NCBI GenBank assembly: GCA_964583625.1
Contig: CAZOVA010000001.1
Location: 480 to 64,479, forward strand
Length of the DNA: 64,000 nucleotides
Direction of reading: 5' to 3'
Source of the DNA: an uncultured Pseudomonadales bacterium
GTDB taxonomy: Bacteria; Patescibacteriota; Microgenomatia; UBA1400; PJMF01
Shown here: piece by piece, positions 56,147-64,000 of the stretch
How positions within the stretch are numbered: the first letter of the stretch is position 1
Layout of the letters: every line of letters begins with the position of its first letter
The notes under the pieces: model-generated
What the model was told of the DNA's origin: nothing
What the model saw: only the letters and a program-made list of their open reading frames with translations
The model's database searches: none
Translations under genes and position numbers: made by a program

Positions 56147-57548
56147 GATTTTCTTTCCAGACTTTTCTTTTTAAAGCTTGGCGATCATAGGCAAAAATTA
56201 GCTTTTCAGTCAATTTGGTGTGAGACAAAATTTTAGTCATAGAAATATTCTTATCCTCTGGCAAAAAAATCAGTTTTTGACCGATTTTCTTCAAGAGGGC
56301 CTGTTTATCTTGCTTTCTTGGGTCATTTTCACCAATGCAAAGAAAGTTAATTTTTAAGTTTTTTAAAACTTTTTCCCTGATTAAACTTGTTTTGAAGCTA
56401 TCGGGTAAAATAATCACTTTTGCTTGATCTTTAAGCAAATTTTGCAAACGCAAGCGCCTCTGCCACTGATTGTAAAAGGGGCGGTTTTTGCCTTTGTGTT
56501 CTTTCACTCTTTGATCGCTTTCAAGACCGATGATTAGCAGATCTGTTTTTTTGCTTGCCTGTTTAATAAAGGAGAGGTGTCCTTGATGCAATAAGTCAAA
56601 AACTCCAGTAATCAGGCCTATTTTATTTTTTTTATTATTGATCTCTTCTTTTAGCCACTGGGGGATTTCCCCATTTTTTCCTATTTGCCATGAAGACAAC
56701 TCTTTTAACCAATCTTGTTTAAGCACCGCTAAAGCAGTAGTTTTTCTTTTAAGAGGGTGGAAAAAGATCTGTTTATCCGTTATTATTTCTCTAGTAACTT
56801 TAGCACGCATATAATTCCATTGTATTTGACGCATTATTGCTTCTAGAAGATCTAAAAGATAATTTTTTGAGTCTTTTTTTTCAATTATTGTTAAATTATT
56901 TTTTCCTGCATAATTCAAATATTTTTCCAACCAATATTGATTTTTCTGTTGTAAAACGTCTAGACAGTGATTTTTCTGCCAAAGATTTCTTAATAGTTTG
57001 AGTTGCCAAGCGGCATAGAGAGATCTTTTAGTTTCAGGAATCAATAAAGCCTCTTCACTTAAAAAAATATTGAAGCACCAAGAGTTTTCCTCTTTACCTG
57101 TTTGATGTTTTTTATGTTTTTTCCAAGCTAAAAAATAACACAAAAAACGAGTCAGATAAACTCTGTTTTTTTCGGTAATGATTAAGAAGTCTAAATCGTC
57201 TTTTTCATTGGGAAAACCAGTTGCTACTGAGCCAGTGAGGCCAATTCCCTTGATAAAAGGAATTCTTTTTAAATAATTGGCCGCCTCTCTGGCTAGAGAC
57301 TGCTTTCTGTGTCCAAATCTCTGTCTCTGCTGATAGTCGCTTAATGGCCACCAAAAGACTCTTCCTTCTTTTTCAAGCAGTACTCCTTGATCAATTGAAG
57401 TTTTTAATTTTTCTATTAACTCTCGTTTTTTTATTCTTGGAGAGGAAAAAACCAACCTCTCCCATAATTCTTCTGGAGTTAAGGTTTGTCCAGTCTGGCG
57501 AGCATAAAACAAGGTTTGCCATAAACCGTCACTAACTATATTCCACAT
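56136..57548 (-). CDS. Two-domain nucleotidyltransferase: N-terminal Pol-beta-superfamily minimal nucleotidyltransferase plus C-terminal cytidylyltransferase-like (HxGH) domain
   Basis: GLTGSVATGFPNEKDDLDFLII (GS...D.D NTase motif). C-terminal GVFDLLHQGHLSFI matches the (T/H)xGH cytidylyltransferase motif. Confidence 0.5.
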   Translation of the reverse strand: MWNIVSDGLWQTLFYARQTGQTLTPEELWERLVFSSPRIKKRELIEKLKTSIDQGVLLEKEGRVFWWPLSDYQQRQRFGHRKQSLAREAANYLKRIPFIKGIGLTGSVATGFPNEKDDLDFLIITEKNRVYLTRFLCYFLAWKKHKKHQTGKEENSWCFNIFLSEEALLIPETKRSLYAAWQLKLLRNLWQKNHCLDVLQQKNQYWLEKYLNYAGKNNLTIIEKKDSKNYLLDLLEAIMRQIQWNYMRAKVTREIITDKQIFFHPLKRKTTALAVLKQDWLKELSSWQIGKNGEIPQWLKEEINNKKNKIGLITGVFDLLHQGHLSFIKQASKKTDLLIIGLESDQRVKEHKGKNRPFYNQWQRRLRLQNLLKDQAKVIILPDSFKTSLIREKVLKNLKINFLCIGENDPRKQDKQALLKKIGQKLIFLPEDKNISMTKILSHTKLTEKLIFAYDRQALKRKVWKENHES

Positions 57549-57598
57549 AACTACTTATGTATTGTAAACGAAATAAACTAAAATGTTTTCTGAGAAAA

Positions 57599-59293
57599 CT
57601 ATCTTTGTTCCATCTCCTCCTCTGGAGTGGCGACTGTTAAAGCCTTAGCTAAAGTAGCAGCCACTTCAAGTGGATTACTTGAATAACTAGTCTTTTTGGT
57701 CAAAACATTAATGGCATTAAGAATTGCTTCTTTCTTCTCTCGATTTTGTCCCTCATCGAAAGTTTTGTCATTGGCAGGATAGCCAATGGCTTGGCCAGCC
57801 CTAAATAAATATGGCTGAATATATTGATTGGTAGCTAATAAATCAGCCATACTAGAACGAGGATAAATTTCACCAAAGAGTCTGGCTGAAGCCTGTTGTT
57901 CATATAAAGCTTGTAGCACTTCTTCCGAACTTAAATAGCTCAACAGTTGCCAAGCGGCCTCTTGTCTCGGGCTAGCGGCACTGACTCCCTCTACCCAGTA
58001 ACTGGCCAACTCTTTGGGTCGATCAATGTCTAACTGAGGAATACTAGCTACTCCTATTTCTAAGTTTGGATTTATCCCTAAAACATCATGAATAATCCAT
58101 GAAGGAGCAATAATCATTGCTACTTCTCCTCTGGAAAAAGCCAAGGTAGAGTTGTCAGCAAATGTTTCATCCCAAGTCCTTTGCGCGCTAGAGTTATAAA
58201 AATTGGTGTAAAAAGTTAAAACGTCTTCAATAATTTTTACATCTGGATTTTTGAAATCAATCCCGCTTTGAATGGCTAAAAGAGTGATAATGTCAGAAGC
58301 AAAATCAACATTATCAGCCAAACCCATAGCAGCACCGGCAATCTCGATATATCCCTCCTGATTTTTTCTTGTTAGAGTGGCAGCATTAGCTCTAAATTGA
58401 GCCCAAGTGCTTGGCAATTCTAAGTTTGCTTGCCGATAAAGTTCTTTATTATAAAGCAGAGAAAGACTGTCATACATAAGAGGAACTCCTTGAATTTCCC
58501 CTTGTTGATTTCTTAATTGTTGAGACATAACTGGATAAAAAGTTTGACCATACTGAGCTGGAGTCATAATCTTTTCTGGCATGGGGGCTAACTTGTCCTG
58601 AAGATCTTCTCTCCAAGAGGCATGATAACGAAAAACATCTGGACCACTAGCCGTGCCAATTGCTTGATTCAAGCTTTGCCAATAATCGGTAATGTCTTTC
58701 TTCATATAATTAACACTGATTCCTGGATGAGACAGTTCAAAATCTTTCAAAACCTGGGTTAAGAAATGTGAGGGTTCCCATAATCCCCAATATTCCAGAG
58801 TAGTAATAACTGTTTCTTTTGGTGGTTCAACTTTGGCCTGTTGTATTTTTAAGTTACGATTGTAAAAATACCAAATAATTGACCCTATAATAAAAATAGA
58901 AAATAAACCGAAAATTACTGGAAAAAACCATTTGTTTTTTTTCTTTTTTTCTAAATCATTGCCGATTTTATAGTTTAAAACAGTCGCTGGAGCTTGGACT
59001 TTCTCTTCTGTCGTCTGGGCTTCAGTAGAAACTACTGCTGATCCCTCCATCTCGGGAATTTTTATTCCTGGTTGAGAATTGTCAATAAAATCTGGAGCAG
59101 AGCTTTGATAAACAAAATTATCCTTTCTTTCGCTTTCAGTGCGGATTTTATCTTCAAAGCTTTGTTCTCCTGGTTGTAAAGTGGCAACTACTCCACCTGA
59201 AGGAGAAGCTTGCAAAACAGGGCTTGCTTGAGGACGAGGCTCATTGGAGGGAGGATTAATTTTTTGATTTGTTTTCTGGTTATTGTCTATCAT
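57599..59293 (-). CDS. Membrane-anchored extracellular solute-binding protein (ABC-type, family 1-like), orphan
   Basis: N-terminal disordered Pro/Ser-rich region, TM WFFPVIFGLFSIFIIGSIIWYF, then an SBP-like domain. No permease or ATPase nearby. Confidence 0.55.
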   Translation of the reverse strand: MIDNNQKTNQKINPPSNEPRPQASPVLQASPSGGVVATLQPGEQSFEDKIRTESERKDNFVYQSSAPDFIDNSQPGIKIPEMEGSAVVSTEAQTTEEKVQAPATVLNYKIGNDLEKKKKNKWFFPVIFGLFSIFIIGSIIWYFYNRNLKIQQAKVEPPKETVITTLEYWGLWEPSHFLTQVLKDFELSHPGISVNYMKKDITDYWQSLNQAIGTASGPDVFRYHASWREDLQDKLAPMPEKIMTPAQYGQTFYPVMSQQLRNQQGEIQGVPLMYDSLSLLYNKELYRQANLELPSTWAQFRANAATLTRKNQEGYIEIAGAAMGLADNVDFASDIITLLAIQSGIDFKNPDVKIIEDVLTFYTNFYNSSAQRTWDETFADNSTLAFSRGEVAMIIAPSWIIHDVLGINPNLEIGVASIPQLDIDRPKELASYWVEGVSAASPRQEAAWQLLSYLSSEEVLQALYEQQASARLFGEIYPRSSMADLLATNQYIQPYLFRAGQAIGYPANDKTFDEGQNREKKEAILNAINVLTKKTSYSSNPLEVAATLAKALTVATPEEEMEQR

Positions 59294-59335
59294 AAAGTTT
59301 TATTTTATAATACAGCAATCTGTTTGTCAAAAATC

Positions 59336-61111
59336 ATGTTAAAAAAAACAAAAAAAAACTCTCTTCCCTCAGCCTTAACATATTTTTTAGGTTTAGGAAT
59401 TTTACTTCTGTCTTTCTATTTTTATTGGCAACTAGTTCAGTTTTACCAAACTCATTTTTTTCCCAAAACAACGGTTAATGGCCTTTCCCTAGACAATCTT
59501 AATGTTTCTCAAGCTCAAAAAAAACTCAGCACTCTTCAAATTGATCCCAAACAACAAATTTCTCTTTTAGCTGGAGATAAAAAATTAGCCTCTCAAAGTG
59601 GCGAGTTAGACCTAGTTTACGATTTTGATGACGCTCTACACAAGATTTTAAGAAAACAACAGTCATCAAGTTTTATTCAAAGCTTTCCCCCTTTTTTATT
59701 TAAATTTCAATCACAAAATTACCAAGCTGAATTAGTTTTCAATCAAGAAGCTGTTTTAAAAATGATTGACGAATTGGCATCTTCGGCGGAGCAGGTAGGG
59801 CATCCCAGTTCCTTAGTTTTAAATAAAACCAATGATCCTAAATCATTGCGGCTTGATCCTGGAGAAGACGCTCTTTCTCTCGATCGGAAAAAAGCCTATC
59901 AACTTGTAGTTGAAGCGCTCAATGCTGGACATAAGGAAATTACTCTTCCTCTAGAAAGGAAAGAGCAAAGACTTTCTCTTAATCAACTAGCTCTTCTCCA
60001 AAAACAAGCACTTAATTTGGTGGGCAAAAAAATTGTTTTACAGACAGACCAAATTGATAATTTTCTTTTCACAATAAAGGATACCGTTTTGATCCCTTTA
60101 TTAAATAATCATTCGGCTTCTTCTTCGTCTGAGCTGGCTAATATTTTTACTCAATTGGAATCAATTATCGACCGAGAGCCTCAAGAACCTCATTTAGACT
60201 TTGATCAAGAATCTCTTAAGGTAAAATCTTTTTCTCCTCCCTTAAACGGTTTGGCTTTGGATAAACAAGCTCTTTTAAAAAAGATCGAAGAACAAATGTT
60301 GGTCTTAGAGCAGAGTCAAGAATTAAAAATGGCAGAGATTGATATTCCTCTGAACGTCATCTCTCCGAAAAAATCTTTATCTCAAACTAATAATTTAGGC
60401 ATTAATGATCTTTTAGGTTTTGGTGAAAGCTATTATGCTCATTCTATTCCTGGAAGAGTTCATAATGTTGCGCTTGCCAGTCAAAAACTAAATCTTCATT
60501 TAGTGCCTCCTGGAGGAAGTTTTTCCTTTAATCAAGCTATCGGCGATGTTAGTGCGGCCGCTGGCTATAAAGAAGGATATATTATTCAAGGGGGCAGGTC
60601 TGAACTCTCAGCTGGTGGCGGAGTTTGTCAGGTAAGCACCACTCTTTTTAGAGCTTTATTAAATGCTGGACTGAAAATTACTCTTAGACTGCCTCATAGT
60701 TATCGAGTGAGTTATTATGAATTAAATAATGATCCTGGTTTTGACGCTACTGTTTATGCTGGTAATATCGATTTACGTTTTATTAACGATACTCAGGGCT
60801 ATCTTTTGATAGTCGCTCAAGCAGACAGTAAAAACCTCTACATGAATGTTCGTCTTTATGGGACAAGTGATGGTCGAAAAACAACTGTCACCAATTATAG
60901 TAAATCAAATTTTATCAAAGCCCCTCCTCCAGTCTATATTCCCGATCCCTCACTTCCCCCTGGAAAAAGACAGCAAATAGATTGGGCGGTTGGCGGTTTA
61001 AGCACCAATTTTACTCATACCATTTATAATGCTGACGGCTCCATCAGAGAACAAAAGCAGTATCCTTCCAAATATCAAGCTTGGAGCTCCAAATTTCTGG
61101 TCGGCCCTTAA
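59336..61111 (+). CDS. VanW-domain protein
   Basis: VanW signature region GYKEGYIIQGGRSELSAGGGVCQVSTTLFRALLNAG; N-terminal TM. The ORF track starts at 59210, but ATG 59336 avoids the overlap with the upstream gene. Confidence 0.7.
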   Translation: MLKKTKKNSLPSALTYFLGLGILLLSFYFYWQLVQFYQTHFFPKTTVNGLSLDNLNVSQAQKKLSTLQIDPKQQISLLAGDKKLASQSGELDLVYDFDDALHKILRKQQSSSFIQSFPPFLFKFQSQNYQAELVFNQEAVLKMIDELASSAEQVGHPSSLVLNKTNDPKSLRLDPGEDALSLDRKKAYQLVVEALNAGHKEITLPLERKEQRLSLNQLALLQKQALNLVGKKIVLQTDQIDNFLFTIKDTVLIPLLNNHSASSSSELANIFTQLESIIDREPQEPHLDFDQESLKVKSFSPPLNGLALDKQALLKKIEEQMLVLEQSQELKMAEIDIPLNVISPKKSLSQTNNLGINDLLGFGESYYAHSIPGRVHNVALASQKLNLHLVPPGGSFSFNQAIGDVSAAAGYKEGYIIQGGRSELSAGGGVCQVSTTLFRALLNAGLKITLRLPHSYRVSYYELNNDPGFDATVYAGNIDLRFINDTQGYLLIVAQADSKNLYMNVRLYGTSDGRKTTVTNYSKSNFIKAPPPVYIPDPSLPPGKRQQIDWAVGGLSTNFTHTIYNADGSIREQKQYPSKYQAWSSKFLVGP

Positions 61112-61162
61112 AAGGCCCGCGGGATGTTTCTATCTTATTAGGTTTTGTATTATAATAACAAT

Positions 61163-64000
61163 ATGGCAGACCAAGAGCCCAAGGATTCTTTACGTTTAAG
61201 CTATACCACTTTAGTCGGTTTTCAAGTAGCTACTGCTTTGGGCTTGCAAAGACAAGACTTATTGGCGACGATTGAGTCCCCACTACAACAAAGTGATCGG
61301 GAGACTCTTTTTGCCATCTTTAATTTTCAGCCTTTTGATTTAAGTGGAAGAGAGGTTTTTACCAAAGCTTTTGCCGACGAGAATCAAAGCGCCGATTCTT
61401 TTGCCGACATTTATCAGCAGTCTGCCCAATATTATCGGCGTTTCGATCTTTTAGACCCCAAAGTTTTGAATAAGACCGCTAAGCCGCTCGACTCTGAGCA
61501 ATTAGAAAATTTAAAACAAGCTTATAGAAAAGTTTTAAGTGGAGATATTAAAGCAGAATTAGAAAAACTTTTTAATCCTGCTTTTGTTAAGGACAGAGAA
61601 AAGGGAGCTTCTACTATTACTACTGGGGCTGCTATTTCTCTCACTTCTACAAAAAAAGACACAGAGAAGGAAGGGGTTTCACAAAAGGATCAAGCTGAAA
61701 AGTCTAAAAAGGAAGAAAGTAGAAGCGGTTCGGGCTCCTCTTTCGCTGCCTCTCAAACAGAGGAAGCAACTGATAATGATTCTAGTTTTAATATTTCTCA
61801 GCCGGCTGATATTGAAAGAGCAATCCAAGAAATTTCTGAAGACTCATCCTTAGACTTAAAAACTAAAGCTGAAAAACAAACCCAATTTTTACTTAATCTA
61901 TTACAAGAGGATCAAAAAACAAATATTAAAATTGGCGCCAGTCTTTTCCTTTTAACAAATAAAAATTTACACGGTTTAATAAAAGGACAACTCCCCAACT
62001 TAAATGAACAGCTTTTCCAAGAAATCTCTAAGCTTGATCAGCTAGCAGAGAAATCCATTTATGATCTAAATTTATTTTTTAATCAACAAAAAGAACTTTT
62101 ACAAGAGCGGCCTGAATTGGCTTTTGGCACTAAAAGGCAGGAGTTTTTCCAGCAAATGCTGGCTAAATTAGAAGAAGAAACTTTAACCAAACTCGACTTA
62201 ACTCCCGAGCAAATGGCGAGCTTTGAAAAACTTTTTAAAGAAAAATACAACCAAACTATTATTGATAATCCTGGACAAGATCCTCAATCCAATCAACTCT
62301 ATCTTTTGGATGATGAGGAACCTTTAGTAGACAAAGAAAATTTACAGGAAACTAGTCAAGCGCCCTCCTCTGATCAAGCTTTACCTTCAGAACAAAAGCC
62401 AGCCTCTGATACCTCTAAAACGTCGGAAGATCAAGCTCAAATTACTCAAGAAGAAAAGACAAAGACTTTGGGCTCTAAAGCCGACAACACTTTTGTTCCA
62501 CCTCAAAAAAAGGAACCAGCTAAAGAAGAAAGTCGGCCCTCTTCTCCTAAAAGAGTTGTTGGACAGTCAGTTCCACAAAACGAAGATTCCTCTTCTGACG
62601 AGCAAGATTCTTCATCAGTTGAAGAAGAACCCTCGCCTCAAGCTTCTGATGAAGAACAAAGATTTTCACCCCCTCAAGAAGCAGAGGGTCTAAATCAAGA
62701 AAAAACAGAGCCGACCGCTCAGGTTGATAACTTTAATTCTCCTCAACAATCAACTCCAGAAGGATCCGCTCCGGCCTCCTCTCCTGCAGATATAATTGAA
62801 CAAAAACCAGAAGATCTCTCTCCTTCTCCTATTGGCGAACAAACTCTAGCTCCTGGAGCAATAGTTCCTCAGTCTTTACCAACAGCTGAGAAACAAACTG
62901 TTGGTCCTTCTTTGTCAGGAGGAGGAGTCCCCCCTTTTTATTCATCTGAAAATCTACCTCCTTCATCTTCACAAAATTTAGACTCAGAAAGTGAAGATAA
63001 AGACGACAAACAAAGTAGTAAAAAACAAGACACCCTAAAAAGACTAAGGGAACAAGCTAAGAAAAAAACCCCTCAAAGACTAAAAAAAATCACTCAAAAA
63101 ACAAAGAGTTTATTATCTAAAACAAGAAAAGTTCTAAACCAAACAGGCAAACTTGCCGTACGAGCAGGCAAAGCAACGGCCAAAGTCGCCAGCAAAGCAG
63201 CCAGAGCTACAGCTAGAGCCTTAACGAAGCTGATGAGCCTTTTGATTAAAGCGGCGGTTTCCCTATTTAATGCACTCGTTGCCCTAATCACTTTTCTTGT
63301 CAGCACTCCTATTGGTTGGGCTATTCTAGCAGTTGCTGCGGTGTCGGCTATTGTTGTTACTGTAGTTGTAGTTGTCCAAGAGGAGCAGAGACAAACTCAA
63401 GAAACAGCCAATATTACTAATCAGTCTCCAGTAGTTAATGCCGACTGTCTTCCCTGTCTTTCCTTAACCAAAAAAATCATTCCTAATAGTTTGCCAGGGC
63501 CAATCGCTCAATTAGGTAGTGAAAAAGCAAGTTTTACTTATACATTAACGCCCAATTTAAATCATTGTTCTGATATTGTGCTAGATGGAGAGTGTAGTGA
63601 TATTCTTAGTCTAGCTTGCAAACAAAGTTCCAACGATGATTCTCAAAATAATACTTGTCCAAATTTTGAAAATCCTCTCCCCTACACCCTGCCTCCTCCC
63701 ATAGCCGATCTTTCTTCTACTGGAAAAGGGGTGCCAGAAAATTATGCCCTACCAAGCATTCCAGAAAATGCTGTTTCTCAAGAGGGAGAGATGAGTGTTC
63801 CTGTTTGTAATGCCTTGATGAGAGCCTTAAAAACAGACTCTTTAACTGGCTTTAAAATAGACAAAGAGGTTTCTTTTGACTTAGAAGAGTTTTTTCCTGG
63901 AGGCTACCCTTTGCCCGCAGGAAATGATTATCGTTTGACAAACATTATCACTTTAGGATATGAATCAAAAAGAAAAGAAGACACTTGTCGAGCGATTCAG
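61163..64000 (+). CDS. Large N-in membrane protein, 3'-truncated by the window edge and not in the ORF track. It has a folded N-terminal domain, a ~500-aa acidic Ser/Pro/Glu/Gln-rich disordered region, a basic amphipathic segment, a TM, then a Cys-rich extracellular domain.
   Basis: Translated by eye from ATG 61163 in one frame, with no stop through 64000. TM LFNALVALITFLVSTPIGWAILAVAAVSAIVVTVVVVV. Ectodomain Cys pattern CLPC...C..C...C. Confidence 0.5.
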   Translation, partial: MADQEPKDSLRLSYTTLVGFQVATALGLQRQDLLATIESPLQQSDRETLFAIFNFQPFDLSGREVFTKAFADENQSADSFADIYQQSAQYYRRFDLLDPKVLNKTAKPLDSEQLENLKQAYRKVLSGDIKAELEKLFNPAFVKDREKGASTITTGAAISLTSTKKDTEKEGVSQKDQAEKSKKEESRSGSGSSFAASQTEEATDNDSSFNISQPADIERAIQEISEDSSLDLKTKAEKQTQFLLNLLQEDQKTNIKIGASLFLLTNKNLHGLIKGQLPNLNEQLFQEISKLDQLAEKSIYDLNLFFNQQKELLQERPELAFGTKRQEFFQQMLAKLEEETLTKLDLTPEQMASFEKLFKEKYNQTIIDNPGQDPQSNQLYLLDDEEPLVDKENLQETSQAPSSDQALPSEQKPASDTSKTSEDQAQITQEEKTKTLGSKADNTFVPPQKKEPAKEESRPSSPKRVVGQSVPQNEDSSSDEQDSSSVEEEPSPQASDEEQRFSPPQEAEGLNQEKTEPTAQVDNFNSPQQSTPEGSAPASSPADIIEQKPEDLSPSPIGEQTLAPGAIVPQSLPTAEKQTVGPSLSGGGVPPFYSSENLPPSSSQNLDSESEDKDDKQSSKKQDTLKRLREQAKKKTPQRLKKITQKTKSLLSKTRKVLNQTGKLAVRAGKATAKVASKAARATARALTKLMSLLIKAAVSLFNALVALITFLVSTPIGWAILAVAAVSAIVVTVVVVVQEEQRQTQETANITNQSPVVNADCLPCLSLTKKIIPNSLPGPIAQLGSEKASFTYTLTPNLNHCSDIVLDGECSDILSLACKQSSNDDSQNNTCPNFENPLPYTLPPPIADLSSTGKGVPENYALPSIPENAVSQEGEMSVPVCNALMRALKTDSLTGFKIDKEVSFDLEEFFPGGYPLPAGNDYRLTNIITLGYESKRKEDTCRAIQ

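Noticed and set aside
1-64000. Alternative genetic code (UGA recoding, as in some CPR lineages)
   Set aside because: Conserved genes (dut, thrS, argS, rho, radA, murD) translate full-length with standard stops and show no in-frame TGA interruptions.

Overview
64-kb window from a low-GC (roughly 35-40% by eye), very compact bacterial genome using the standard genetic code (TGA/TAA/TAG all terminate intact housekeeping genes). Gene content and envelope type indicate a Gram-positive-like, metabolically reduced organism and are typical of Candidate Phyla Radiation / Patescibacteria genomes. This placement is an inference, not a database hit. Supporting content: FemAB, sortase, LysM-M23 peptidase, VanW, comEA/comEC, rubrerythrin, many nucleotide-salvage genes (two prs, dut, DHFR-family, upp, ndk), and no outer-membrane machinery. 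Recognisable core genes: thrS, argS, rho, obg, radA, rplJ-rplL, murD, murF, plsC. Four tRNAs on the minus strand: Trp-CCA, Pro-CGG, Arg-CCT, Arg-CCG. Several clean rho-independent terminators. The accessory regions hold the interesting material. (1) A translationally coupled pair: a 1117-aa N-in single-pass surface protein with tail-fibre-like repeated motifs, followed by a soluble FtsK/HerA/TraG-like P-loop ATPase. It is flanked divergently by a sortase and lies near comEA-comEC and radA. (2) A PP-loop ATPase with a Cys4 cluster fused in an operon to murD; I propose it as a MurL-like ATP-dependent epimerase candidate. (3) A murF-hydrolase-DegT-FemAB peptidoglycan-modification operon. (4) A small tRNA-Trp-adjacent islet carrying an HExxHxxQQ (DUF4157-like) protein. 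(5) Two large Cys-rich repeat-containing surface proteins truncated by the window edges; the 3' one is absent from the ORF track. (6) A 1.2-kb AT-rich non-coding tract with repeated motifs. No CRISPR array, transposase or obvious prophage was seen.
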